Assembly: GCF_036321535.1 (NCBI RefSeq)
Contig: NC_087447.1
Location: 48,176,001-48,240,000, forward strand
Reading direction: 5' to 3'
From: Camelus dromedarius
Lineage: Eukaryota
DNA length: 64,000 nt
The translations under genes and the position numbers were made by a program. Every line of letters begins with the position of its first letter. Position 1 is the first letter of the stretch. Below are positions 1 to 12,334 of the stretch, one piece after another. Under the pieces are notes generated by a model. It worked only from the letters and a program-made list of their open reading frames with translations, did no database searches and had not been told where the DNA came from.

Positions 1-1481
1 TCACAAGGTGTGCTTGGAGAACTCCCCTTTACAGCCAAACTTCTTTAAAGGATGCCATGACATGTTGACTCCATCCCTCACCTCTCAACCATTCTTCAAT
101 CCTCCATAGTCTTGCTTCTTCCTCCAACCACTCCTCTGAAAAGAGTTTTTTCAGGCTCACCCACAATCTCCAAGTTGCCAAAACCAATGGCTTATTCTCT
201 TCGCACTGGACAAAAGGATGGACAGAAGAACATATTTAGAAGATAAAATCTTGAGACCTGGTGGCTAATGTGATGCAAAACATGAGTGTGTGAAGACAAG
301 GGTGCCAACCTGACGTCTTGGTTTAAATGCATGGTGGTGGCACTTAGAGAAAAGCATTTATAGAAGAGCAAGTTTGGGGGAATGAAAGGATGATGAAAGA
401 TGGAGTTTGGACACCTGGACTTCTAAAGGACCACTTGGACCATTCAGGTGTGAAACTAAGTTAGAGATACAGGGTGCAAGGGGGCCAAGAAGATGGAGCC
501 AGGAGAGAAGGGGCTCCTGCCCTCTCCCAGGTCAGTAGCCCATGGGTAAAATGAGGGGCTTGAATTAGGAGCTTCCATTTAATTCAGCATGGATTTGTTG
601 GTTCTTGCCATTCATTAGGCCCAGCTGGAGGCACAAATGAATCAAAGTCCTTGCCTAGAAGCAGCTCACACTGAGGTGAAGGCAGGAAAGGCCAGGAGGA
701 AGGGTAGGAAAAGAGGCACAAGCATAGTCCACAGAGAACTCAGGAAGAAAAGATTCTTCCTGAGACCAGAAGGCCTTCCTGGAATGGGTGACTTGAGTTA
801 GGCTTTGAGGGGTTGGTAAAAATCTAATGGGGGAGGGAAGGGAGCAGGCAGTCTATTCCTCCCTCCTAGAGAAAACACTGACCATTATTCTCTGAGCATC
901 CATCTCCAGCTCTGTGGTGGAGTGGAGATAATCATGCCTGCTGTAAGGATGAGAAGAAATAACACATGTGAACATCTCCCTCAGGACCTAGTACATGGTG
1001 GATGCTTGATAATACTTTAGTTACTTCCCACCTCTACCCTTCCTTTCCCTTTCTTCCTCACCAACCCCCTTTTATTTCCTGGGTCTGGGCCCAGGCCAGG
1101 TCCCTCTCTCCATGACTAGGACAGGAGAGAAATCCATTGAGTTTCTCCAAGTGTGACTACTGGAGAGCTGCTAGCAAATATTAGACAATCTACAAAGGGA
1201 AGTTGGGAGCCATGGAGAATTTTTGATCAGGGGAGTACTACGTAGGAGACCAGGCAGGAAAACAGCATCACTGGGAGCTAGACTCAGGGGCTGAAGTTTT
1301 AGAGGCCAAGGGCCTTGTGGGGAGAAGGGCCCTCCTTCAGGAGCCTGCTGGTCTCTGGGGACCTATTTCTAAACTTGGTGAGGCGGCTCTGTGGGGCCAG
1401 AAGGGCCTGAGCCAAGTGTTACAGGTAGGGGACCAAAGCCGGGTCCAGCTCTCTAGCAGCTGACCAGGCAGGGCTCCCCAG

Positions 1482-1581
1482 GTGCGTGTCTACAGCCCGT
1501 ACCAGGACTACTATGAAGTGGTGCCCCCCAACGCGCACGAAGCCACGTACATCCGCAGTTACTATGGCCCGCCCTATGCAG
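1482..1581 (+). CDS. PLEKHB1: PLEKHB1 (evectin-1/PHR1) penultimate coding exon
   Basis: ccccag|GTG...GCAG|gtaagt. 100 nt encoding VRVYSPYQDYYEVVPPNAHEATYIRSYYGPPYA plus one base, matching the recalled PLEKHB1 C-terminal region. Its phase joins the next exon. Confidence 0.95.
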
Positions 1582-2182
1582 GTAAGTCTCCGACCCACCC
1601 CTCCCCCTGTCGCAATCCCCGCCCATGGTCTATCAGTAGGGATCAGGTCCCACCCTTTTAGTAACCATGGATTTTTCCCAGGCGGGTCCCTCCGCAAGGC
1701 CCTCCCCATCCCAGGCTAAGGATAGCTCTTGGACCAGAGCCCCTCCCTCCTGCAGAGCTGACCTCACCTCTCCAGGCTGGCAACTATTCCCTGGTGGCCC
1801 AGCAATACCCGTTTCTAAGTTGATAGCGGCCTCTGGTGGCAAATGTGGGAAAGGCCGCTTCCTCTCGCTTCAGGATCTGGCGGTTGGGAAGGCCCATCCT
1901 CAGGTGTGGTCTGGAGGTTATTGGAGATTCTGGTGCTTCTTCGCCGGTCCACTCTGGTCCCACAGTCCCAGAACGTCTGTAGCAGGTTCAAGGCCTAGGA
2001 GCTATGGGGACAGAACGCGCGTTCTTCCTGCATCAAGGCCTGTTTCTCTGACTGGGGAGTAAGATAGTGGGCTCAGCGCCCTAATCTTGCTTTGCGCAGG
2101 AGTCTAACCGAAGGAGGCAGACAACCTCTCTCTGCTCCCTCCTCTGAAGTCCCAGGCCCTGACAGCGGCGCTCTCTCCGCAG

Positions 2183-2319
2183 GCCCTGGCGTGACGCACG
2201 TAGTGGTGCGGGAGGATCCTTGCTACAGCGCAGGCGCCCCGCTGGCCATGGGCATGCTTGCAGGAGCCGCCACCGGCGCAGCGCTTGGCTCACTCATGTG
2301 GTCGCCCTGCTGGTTCTGA
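2183..2319 (+). CDS. PLEKHB1: PLEKHB1 last coding exon (C-terminal hydrophobic anchor)
   Basis: ctctctccgcag|GC CCT GGC...TTC TGA. Encodes (G)PGVTHVVVREDPCYSAGAPLAMGMLAGAATGAALGSLMWSPCWF*, the characteristic PLEKHB1 C-terminus. Confidence 0.96.
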
Positions 2320-3485
2320 GCCCTGGATCCTGCACATAGACTAACAGGCCCATTTCCTCCTTGGCCTCACCCTCTGCCATCCAAGCCCTGTCCCACTTTG
2401 GCTCCTTCGTTTCCTTTAGCCTCTTCTGGGCTTGGATCATTCCTCCCCCTCTCCACCCTCACCCCGCACATCAGAAGACGCTAATATCCCAGGCACAAAC
2501 ATAGCTCAAAATCTTTATATCTACCACTAGACACTCCAGATGGACACATATGGATATGTTTCCTCCAAATACACCAGGACACAGAAAACACAAGTCATGG
2601 GGTTTCAAGTTCCCCAGGCATTGGAGACACAGGAATCAGGTTCTTTCCTTTGGCAGCTCCAGGCTTGGTGGGCAAACAAGAGTATGCAAACACTTGACAA
2701 GGTGGATGAGGGCAGAGAGTGAGGAAGGTAGGCTAGGAGTATGGTTGCTGGCAAGAGTGCAGAGCCGTGAACATGATAGCGTGTCCAAGGAATTAAAAGG
2801 GAGTTCATTTGGGCTGGAGCATGGGCAGGGGTCAGATCATGATGGCCCTCCAAGCTAAGGAGCTTGCTGGGTAAGGGGGAGATGTGAGCTTTATGGAGGG
2901 ATGTTTCATGATTGCACCTATACTGAATATATTGCCTATATTAATACACAAACTCAAAACACTCCCTGAGTTTAGCCTCATCCTTCCCACTATAAGATTT
3001 TTGGGTCCCTTGTTCTTTCAGTGCTCAGAAAGCACCCGTTTCCCATGTCAGTGCCTGGGGCAGCAATTGAGCAGAACCTGGGATCCCCTTGCTGGGGGGG
3101 GGGGCAGGTGAATCTTTCGAGGACCTCGTCCTAGGTTAGTGCCTCCATCAAGAAATGCATTTCTGGTCCCCAGGAGATTGGCCCTCTGTCCATAGCTATG
3201 GCTGTCATCATCTCAGGCTTTGTCTCTTCCATCTGTCTGGGGGAGATGGCAGTGTTCACCTCTGGGGCCTGACCAACCTTTGTCTCAGTCTGGGCTCCCT
3301 GTAGGTGGCCTGGCAGTTTCCCCATTTGGTCCCCTTCCAGTCTCTTCCCCCATCCTGTCCCAATCACCAATAGAATTGCTAATATGCCTACACAGTAGCC
3401 AGAGTAGCCTGCTAAATTTCCCTTGTAGATTGGGGCTCCAATTGCCCCGCTGAAGAAACTAATAAAGGTGCAGTTGGCTCTAGCC
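2320..3485 (+). other. PLEKHB1: PLEKHB1 3' UTR (end approximate)
   Basis: Runs from the stop codon to the first AATAAA seen (3461), which is followed by GT/T-rich sequence. Confidence 0.7.
3461..3466 (+). terminator. PLEKHB1 polyadenylation signal
   Basis: AATAAA with a downstream U/GU-rich tract (ctttgtttgttc, ~3496-3507). Confidence 0.75.
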
Positions 3486-4282
3486 CTGGCTCTGGCTTTG
3501 TTTGTTCTCCCAAGAGGCCCTGTCTCCCTGGGACACCTCCATGACTCAGAACCTACTAGTGCCTTCTCTGGTATAGTGAGAAGAGTGTGGATCCTGAGGT
3601 CAGGTATAACCAGTGGCAGCATGTTAGCTGAGCAATCTGGGGCAAGTTACTTAACCTTTTTGGATTTTGCTTTCCTCACCCATAAACTGGCAGGTTGAAG
3701 CTGGCTATCCCAGGGTTGTGAGAGGAGAGACTTCATCAGGATCTGATCTGATGGGTGTCTCTGAGCTGATGATCAGTTCTGCCCTGCCTGCTTTCTGGGA
3801 GTCCTGTGTGTTGGGTCTTTTCCAGTGGGTTCCCATCCTTTCAGAGATGAATCAGAGTTAGACTCCGAGACCAGGTGGCCTGGGAAGGAAACACAACCGT
3901 CTTGTATCAGACATTTTGAGGCTGCAAGTAACAGAAACCCCCTGCACAAACTGATTTAAGCCACAGAAAGGAAAACATTGGGCCACATATTTGAGAATTC
4001 CAGAAACTGCTTGGTCCAGGAACTCAAACAGTATCACTTAGACTTTGCTTTATTTCCATTTTTACAGCCACTGGGGCTGGCTCATTCAGAGGCTGCAGTG
4101 ATATTCAGCAAATCTAGACTAATGCCCTCCTTGGTTCAAGGCTAGCTGAGAGAGCTTCTCTTCCTCTAACAGTTCATCCAGAACTTTTATTCACACTGCT
4201 GGATATTATCCCAAATTGGGTCTTGTGGCCATCTCTGAATCTACAGTGATCTGGAAAGGATGGTCTAAAACAGTAGGGCTAA

Positions 4283-4422
4283 GGGGGAGGGTATAGCTCA
4301 AGTGCTTAGCATGCACAAGGACCTGGGTTCAATCCCAAGTACCTCCTCTAAAAATAAACGAACCTAATTACCTCCTCCTGCCAAAAAACCCCACAAAAAA
4401 CAAAAAACAAAACAAAAAAACC
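4283..4422 (+). mobile_element. tRNA-derived SINE (camelid vic-1-like)
   Basis: ggggagggtatagctcaag head, B-box GGTTCAATCCC, A-rich tail. TSD cagtagggct at 4271 and 4423. Confidence 0.88.
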
Positions 4423-4933
4423 CAGTAGGGCTTAGAACAGAGGTGGGGTGGTGTCCCAGAGGAAATTTAGGGCACTGTTTCCAGAAAAAAGATGAATAAA
4501 TAAGAGCTGAATGGCAAAAATATCAGGTGTCCACCTCAACCATATTCCCAGACACCAGCTTAGAGGGATATATAAACAGCAATGATTCAATGAGGTAAGA
4601 CAGGAACATGATGCAGTAGGAACTCTAAGGAGGAGGTATCTAACTCTGCTAAGGGGACTGGGGAAAACTTTGGGATAGGAAATGGAAATTTAGGGTGAGC
4701 CTTGAAAGATGACTAGGAGTTTGCCAAACAGAGAAAGGAGAACAGATGGAAGAAATGGCATGAGCAAAGGCCTAAAAATATTCTTGTCTTCAGAGCACTG
4801 TGAAGTTCAGGAAACATGTCACAGCAGGCTGCATGGTGAGGATGGGTGGTGGCTGGGGCCAGGCTATAGACAACCCTCTACAGCTGGGTTAAGAGTTCTT
4901 TTTTCTGAGCACCTATGGCTATCAACAATCCTA

Positions 4934-4969
4934 CTCCAGCTCCAGCTCCAGCTCCAGCTCCAGTTCCAG
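4934..4969 (+). repeat. (CTCCAG)n hexamer repeat
   Basis: About 6 units, the last one imperfect. Confidence 0.85.
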
Positions 4970-5649
4970 GTCCCAAAACCCATCCCTCTGCATCTTCTGG
5001 CAAAATGCTCCTTCCAATATCTGGAACATTCATCACTTTAATCAGTGGTTCCGCTATAAATCTCTTTGTTGCTCTGTAGTCTGATACATTTCTTTATTTC
5101 CTGAAATACACTACAGGCATCCCGCAGCAATCATCAGAAAGAATGATGTATTTTTCAATTGTTGGGCAAGTCAGCTGATAAAATGAGAATTGCATATTTG
5201 TTATTCACCTCTCAAATTCAGAAAGTTAATCCAAATGTCATAGAATTCATTTTTCACTTATTTCTATATTAATCTTATGATTACAAAAAAACCTGTGTAC
5301 TTTTAATTCAATATCAATAAAAACTTTAAAATTACTGATATAAAAAAAAAAATTTGTTATGGTCCTGATGACACCGTGGTTCTTTCTGTTCACCCCGCCA
5401 AACAGGGCAAGAGAGATGCCAATGGATGCTCTAAGTGCATTTGCTTCAAAATCTCACCACTAATGATTACAGCATGAATTTATCTTCCAGCTGTTCACTA
5501 GACAATTATTAAATTATTCACACACATTAAGACAAACATTAATTTTCACAGACAACACAGTTTAATCTGGAGATGGCCTATGGACCACATGTGGCCCACA
5601 CATTGTTTTATCTGGTCAGCACAGTGGTCTTTTAAAGTTTTGAATTAAA

Positions 5650-6839
5650 ATGTGGTAACACTACACATCCACCTAAATGGCTAAAGGTGAAAAAGACAGA
5701 CAACATTAAGTACTGATGTGGAACAACTGGAAATCTCATATGAGTGTAAACTGGTACAACTGCTTTGGAAACTGATCAGTTAAGCCAAACATACGCATAC
5801 CTCACAACCCATAAATTCTACTCCTAGGTACACCTAACACAAATGTGTACATATGTATAAAATAGGTACAACTATCATAGAAGCACTAGAAAAAACTCAA
5901 ATTCTACAATAGGTGGATCTATTGGTGGATCTATTTCATTCACAAAATGGAATGAGGATTAATACAATCCAATGAGATATTAATTACCCATAAGTATATG
6001 CAAAATCAAGAGTGAATAAAAAAAAACTGCAGTGACAAGAGGAGTGAGGGGTAAGTGGGAAAACAGAGCTACACAATGGCAATTTTCCTGTACCTTATGT
6101 GAAGCAGTACAATATTAAGCATATGCTGATAAGTCAAAGACACACATTAGAGTCCCTAGAGCAACCACTGAAAATATAAAGAGGTTAAGCTAAAAAAGCC
6201 AATAGAGGAATTTAAAAAGCAGATATAGCAAAGAAAATAAACACTGAAATGGCAGACCTATATCCAAATATATTAATAATTACATTAACTGTCAGTGGAC
6301 AAAGACTGATTAAGATTAAGAGACAGAGACTGTCAGAATAAACAAATAAGCAAGACCCAACCATATAACTGTGTAAAAAAGACACACTTTAAAATACACA
6401 AGTAGGATGAGAGTAGAAGGACAGAAAAAGATATGCCATGTAAAGAGAAAGCATCAGAAAGCTGGAATTATTATTTTAATAGTAGACAAAACAGATTTCA
6501 GGATAAAAATCATAAATAAAGAGGGGCATTTCACGAGAATAAAGAGTCAATATATAAGGAAGATGATAGTGCTATAAGAGAGATTTATACCTATAAATAA
6601 ATGCATACATTAAAAAAGAAGAAAGATCTCAAATCATAATCTAACTGTATACCTTAAGAAATTAGAAAAAGAGCAAACTAAACCCAAAGCTGATAGAAAG
6701 AACAAAGTAATAAAGATCAGAGCAGAGATAAATGAAATAGAGAAAAGAAAACAAAATAGAGAAATTCAATGAAACCAAAATCTAGTTCTTTGAAAAGATC
6801 AACAAAATTGACAAACCTATAGCTAAGGGGGAAAAAGAC

Positions 6840-6873
<34 letters not shown>

Positions 6874-8230
6874 TCGAATTACTAAAATTGGACATGAAAG
6901 TGAAGACATGTCTACTGATTATACAGAAATAAAAAGGATTATAAAAGAATACTATGAACAATTGTATGCCAACAAACTGGATGACCAAGATACAAAAATT
7001 CCACACACCCTACCAAAATTGATTCATAAAGAAATAGAGCAGGGGAGGGTATAGCTCAAGTGGTAGAGCACATGTTTAGTGTGCACAAGGTCCTGGGTTC
7101 AATCCCCAGTACCTCCTATAAAAATGAATAAATATAATTGCCCCCCTCCACCAAAATAAAAAAATTAAATAATATAGTAATAAATAAATTTTAAAAATTA
7201 AAAGAAGAAATAGAAAATTTGAATAGATCTATAACTAGTAAGGAGATTAAATGAGTAATCAAAAAGCTTCCAGTAAAGAAAACTCAAGACTAGATGGGTT
7301 CAATGTGAATTCTACCAAACATTAACAGAATACCAATCCTTCTCAAACTCTTCCCCCCAAAATGAAGAGGAAACACTTCCTAACTCATTCTGCGACAGCA
7401 GCATTACACTGAAATCAAAGCCAGACAAAGACAATATAAGAAAGTTTAAAACCAATATTTATGAATATTGACGTAAAAATCCTCAAGAAATTACTAGCAA
7501 ACCAAATTCAGCAGCTTATTAAGAGGAATGTACACAATGACCAAGTGGGATTTATTCCTGGAATGCCAGGATGGTCCAAAATATGTAAATTGCTCAATGT
7601 GATACAATGCATTAATAGAATAAAGGGGAAAAAAAAAAACTATGATCATCTCAATTGATGCTGAAAAAGCATTTGATAAAATTCAATACCTTTCATGATA
7701 AAAACACCCAATAAACTAGGAACAGAACTTCCTCAACATAAGAACTGCATATGAAAACCCACAGCAAATATCATACTCAGTGGTGAAAGACTGAAAGGCT
7801 TTCCCCTAAGATCAGAAACAAGACAGGATACCTATTTTACCACTTCCACTAGAAGTTGTAGCCATAGCAATTAGGCAAGAAAAAGAAATAAGAGGCATCC
7901 AAATTGGAAAGGAGGAAGTAAAATCATCTCTGTTTACAGATGATATGATCTTAAATGTAGAAAACCCTCTATGTCCCACAAAAAGTTGTTAATAAACAAA
8001 TTTAGCAAGGTTTCAAGATACAAAATCAACACAAAAATCAGTTGCATTTTATATGCCAGTACCGAACAATCTGAAAAGGAAAAGGAAATTAAGAAAAGAA
8101 TTCTACTTACAATAGTATCAAAAATAATAAAATGTTTAGGAATAAACCTAACCAAGGAGGTGAAAGATTTGTGTGCTGAAAACTGAAGCACTGCTGAAAT
8201 AAAGTAAAGAAGACATAAATAAATGAAAAG
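5650..8230 (+). mobile_element. Degenerate LINE-1 fragments, mainly ORF2 (endonuclease to RT region)
   Basis: ORF2-like peptides [38 protein letters not shown] and [15 protein letters not shown]-rich, with many stops and frameshifts. Confidence 0.9.
7042..7203 (+). mobile_element. tRNA-derived SINE (vic-1-like) inserted in L1
   Basis: A-box TAGCTCAAGTGG, B-box GGTTCAATCCC. TSD aagaaataga. Confidence 0.9.
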
Positions 8231-8293
8231 TGCTATGGTCTGAATGTGTTTGTACCCCAAAATTTATACATTAAAATCCTAACTCCCCAATGG
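8231..8293 (+). mobile_element. Truncated 5' LTR of an MLT1A-type MaLR
   Basis: tgctatggtctgaatgtgtttgtaccccaaaattt matches the start of the LTR at 19094. Confidence 0.75.
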
Positions 8294-9496
8294 TCTGGGA
8301 AATATGGGTGATGGTGTTATCTTTCCAGGCCAATGCCAGAGCAAAGGAAAGAAAGAAAAGAAGGAAGGGTTTAACGTTTAGTTAAAGTAAGAAGTCGATC
8401 TGAGGTCTCATCAACATCAGCTACGTCTCTTCCTTGTCAATTTGATTTGGAGGTTTCTAGTGTATGCACAGGACCAGATGTCAGGTATTGCCTTTTTAGC
8501 TGTGAGATGTGTAACCAAGTTTCAAGTCCCTGAAGTTTAGATGCCATCTGGCTAGTGAGGAGGACTTGGTATAGTCCCTTCCTAGGAGATTTAAGGGCAG
8601 TCTTTGTTCTGATTCCAAATCAGAAGGGTGGGGAAAAAATGGAAACATTAGTGTGGAGAATCATAGCCAGATATTTGAGGAAGCTAGAAAAATTCAGGAT
8701 CCAGTCCAGTTTACAGGTATATAACAAAACCTCAAAGACAATGAACAGGACCAGAATCTAATATCTGCAAAGTTGCAAATATAATTTTTCTCTCTATAAT
8801 TACCCCCATATTTACTAAAGGTAATCACATTTAAACTAATTTGTTTGCATTAAACTTGGATTCATTGCTTACATAAATGCAGTAAGAGTAGTGATTGATC
8901 ATCTAAGTTCTTTTTAAGATTGCTTTGCAAATATTTTCATAAGGAATCTCAGACTGAACCCTTAAAAGTCTCTGAGGCCAGAAAGCCAAGCCAAGAACTC
9001 ACCATCAGATTTTACCTGCAATACCTGTAATTTAGGTGACTTCTTTTCAAGGTTCCTCCAAATATCCTGAGGTTCCTGGGCCTGCCAGGAAATGACCTTT
9101 CTTACTCACCTGGTAAGGCTGCTGGGAATCCTGTAAGTAGAGCACCTAGCTGATTTTCCCAAGGGGCTTAATTGGCTTTATAAAGTCAACAGTTTCTTAA
9201 AGCTGTCTGGTTATATCTCAGTCTATGCACATCTCTCTCAAACATAGCATTCCAGTCAAATCCTCAGTAATATAGCTGTTTCCAATTGCATCCTATTACA
9301 AGAACAGATTCTTATTGCTTAATAATTATGTTTAAATTACCCATGAGAACTTCATGAGACATTAGACAAAGTCAGCCATCATCCCAAGTTGTAGTTGTTG
9401 TTGTTGTTATTATTATTTGCTGACAAATTTTATAAGAGATAACATGAACTTACTTAACTTTCAGTAAGTCTAGGTAGAATAAAGGCATTATATTAA

Positions 9497-9609
9497 GGGG
9501 GGAGGGTATAGCTCAGTGGTAGAGCATGTGCCTAGGATGTAGGAGGTCCTGGGTCCATTAAAAATAAATAGACACCGAATTACCTCCCCCTCTAAAAACA
9601 AACAAACAA
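9497..9609 (+). mobile_element. tRNA-derived SINE (vic-1-like, internally deleted)
   Basis: SINE head gggggagggtatagctcagtggtagagc. TSD gcattatatt. Confidence 0.87.
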
Positions 9610-10465
9610 GCATTATATTTAATGCTGATAACTCTAAAGACATGCTTCTTTTAATTAAACCACAACCTTCAACTAGCTTTTATTTACTAAAAATTAATAC
9701 AAGATCATATGAACTTGAAAAACATTTAAGTTTCTATTATATTTCTGAGATTTTTTAGGAATTCTTAATTTATAAGTGCTTAATTTTCTTTAAGCCAATC
9801 AAATAGGATTTACAAATTAACTTTGTTTTGATTGAAGTATAGTCAGTTTACAATGTTGTGTCAATTTCTGGTGTATAGCATAATGCTTCAGTCATACATG
9901 AACATACATTTATTCATTTTCATATTCTTTTTCATTATAGGTTACAAGATATTGAATATAGTTCCCTGTGCTATACAGTAGAAACCTACTGTTTATCTAT
10001 TTATATATATTGTAGTTAGTATCTTCAAATCTGGAACTCCCAATTTATCCCTTCCCACCCCCTTTCCTCCTGGTAATCATAAGTTTCTTTTCTATGTCTG
10101 TGAGTTGTTTCTGTTTTTTAAATAAGTTCATTTGTGTCTTGTTTTGTTTTGTTTTGTTATAGATTGCACATATGAGTGATACCATATGGTATTTTTCTTT
10201 CTCTTTCTGGCTTACTTCACTTAGAATGATAGTCCCCTGGTCCATCCATGTTGCTGCAAATGGCATTATTTTATTTTTTATGGCTGAGTAGTATTTCGTT
10301 GTATAAATTAGCACAACTTCTTTACCTAGTCATCTGTCGATGGACATTTAGGTTGTTTCCATATCTTGGCTGTTGTAAATAGTGCTGCTATGAACACTGG
10401 GGTGCATGTATCTTTTTAAGTTAGAGTTCTCTAGGATATATGCCCAGGAGTAGGATTGCTGGATT

Positions 10466-10620
10466 TGTTTTTGGTTTATTTTTATTTTTATTTTGGTGGG
10501 GGGAGGTAATTAGGTTCGTTTGTTTGTTTGTTTATTTTTAGAGGAGGCACTGGGGATCGAACCCAGGACCTCGTGCATGCTAAGCATACACTCTACTGCT
10601 TGAGTTATACCTTCCCTCCG
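10466..10620 (-). mobile_element. tRNA-derived SINE (vic-1-like)
   Basis: Reverse-complement SINE. 13-bp TSD ggattgctggatt at 10453 and 10621. Confidence 0.9.
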
Positions 10621-10928
10621 GGATTGCTGGATTATATGGTAAGTCTATTTTCAGTTTTTTGAGGAATCTCCATACTGTTTTCCACAATGGTTCACCAAAC
10701 TACATTCCCACCAACAGTGTAGAAGGGTTCCCTTTTCTCCACACCCTCTCCAGCATTTATCATTCGTGGACTTCTGAATGACAGCCATTCTGACTGGTGG
10801 GAGGTAATACCTCATTGTAGTTTTGATTTGAATTTCTCTGGTTAATTAGCAATGCTGAGCATTTTTTCATGTGCCTATTGGCCATTTGTATGTTTTCATT
10901 GGAGAGTTGCTTGTTGAGGTCTTCTGCC

Positions 10929-12203
10929 TGAGACAGGAGGGAAAGGGGCAGGCCACAGCCACTCAAGGAATGACAGCAATTTAACACCAAAATGGTGGAA
11001 GATTCACCTCCTAGTGGGCTTTAAGTATTAAGAGGTTTAACTTCCAGTAGACCTTGAGCTTCATTATATGCTCATTGTAACAGTGTGATCAAATAACATG
11101 CCCACAGGCATCACAACAGCCCCAAGGCTAACCGCAAAAGGTCAAAGAATGGGTGGTGGCCCAATCGCTGGGAATCCCAGCCCCTTCCCCAGGGCAGTTA
11201 GACTGATCCCACCTGTAGGCACGTGAAGCTACTGAGATCATAAAAAGTGACAACACCTAAAAAGTGACACCACCACGCCTAGTGGGCCCTTTTCACTCTC
11301 TCCCTTTTGGAGATGGCCTGCACTCTGTCTATGTTGTGTGTACCTACTTTTGTTAGAGCAAGCAGATAACTAGATATGAGCAGAGAAAGGGGTACACAGA
11401 CCAAATGGCAGGAATTGGGCAGAAAGGAGGGGCACAGGCCAAATGCAGGAAACCACACATCATGTAAGCAGCAGGGATCCTTGGGCAGAGAAAGAAAAGC
11501 AGGAACCTTGGGGTTGATAAGGGATTATGCCTTTTGAGATGACAAGTGGCCTGGAGAAGAACAAAGAAAGGTGAGAAAAGGCAGGAATTTCTAGTGTCCG
11601 AATGTAACCTTTTGCTCATTATGCCCTCATTTCAATAAAATTAGCCTTGCAGATCAGAAGTACCCATCATGCACCAACGCCATGACACTTCCGATCCAGA
11701 CTAAATAAGGACAAAAATCCCTCCTCCCTTTGGGAAGGTGGAGTTGGGATGATAATCAGGGAATGTGACCCCAAACCCTTCCCCCCCAATGAATATTCCG
11801 CCCATTCATTTTTACACCCTATGTAACTAACTTGCCAAAGAAACTCAGGGCAGCCACTCACCTGAGCCTGCCCGCTCTCCCCTGAGAGTGTACTATCCAT
11901 CCTTTAATAAATTCTCACTTTACCTTTTTTTAACCTCTAAGTCTTGTCTCTGAATTCTTTCTGGGATGGGACAAGAAACTGGAACACTGGTTGCATCTAT
12001 CGGCAACATCTTATCTATCGGCAACACTTTTACTTTAACCTAAGCACCCAATTCCCACACCTCTTTCCTTGCCTTTTTCTTGCCATATACTCTATGCAGT
12101 ATGTATCTCTCTAAATAAATCTATCTTAACTCAACGGTGGCTCACACTTGAATTCTTTCCTGCGCGAAGCCAAGGACCCACACTTGGCAGGGCACGTCCC
12201 ACG
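10929..12203 (+). mobile_element. Solo LTR inserted in L1 (outer LTR, 3' end indistinct)
   Basis: Starts TGAGACAGG exactly where the L1 sequence ggtcttctgcc breaks. AATAAA at 12114. L1 resumes at cccatttttggattg (~12205). Confidence 0.7.
11351..12026 (+). mobile_element. Solo LTR (ERV1-like) nested in the outer LTR
   Basis: TG...CA termini, 4-bp TSD CTTT (11347/12027), AATAAA at 11906. Confidence 0.8.
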
Positions 12204-12284
12204 TCCCATTTTTGGATTGAGTTGTTTGTTTTTTACAAGCTAATTTTGGCAATACCATCCAGCGGTAAAAAATACATTGAATGA

Positions 12285-12334
12285 ACACACACATACAAAC
12301 ACACACACGTGTGTGTGTGTGTGTGTGAGAGAGA
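12285..12334. repeat. (CA)n-(TG)n-(GA)n compound microsatellite
   Basis: Read directly. Palindromic core at 12300-12317. Confidence 0.9.

Larger units (their letters stand above)
9826..12231 (-). mobile_element. 5'-truncated L1 (3' end) interrupted by a SINE and LTRs
   Basis: L1 ORF2-end/3' UTR-like translations ([30 protein letters not shown]). Degenerate TSD tttacaaattaactttg (9809) / tttacaagctaattttg (12232). Confidence 0.87.

Noticed and set aside
1419..3861. Many 60-163 aa ORFs overlapping the PLEKHB1 end (e.g. 1667-2062, 3131-3622)
   Set aside because: Off-frame or antisense products of GC-rich exon, intron and UTR sequence with no recognisable domain. The splice-defined PLEKHB1 frame explains the region.
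4709..5041. 110-aa ORF with an LQLQLQ repeat
   Set aside because: Product of a (CTCCAG)n microsatellite in repeat-like DNA. No splice or homology support.
7042..7115. tRNA-like sequence with A and B boxes
   Set aside because: It is a SINE head, followed by the SINE body, A-tail and TSD. The same applies to the other copies.
7461..8186. Reverse-transcriptase-like ORFs
   Set aside because: Frameshifted L1 ORF2 remnants, not an intact gene.
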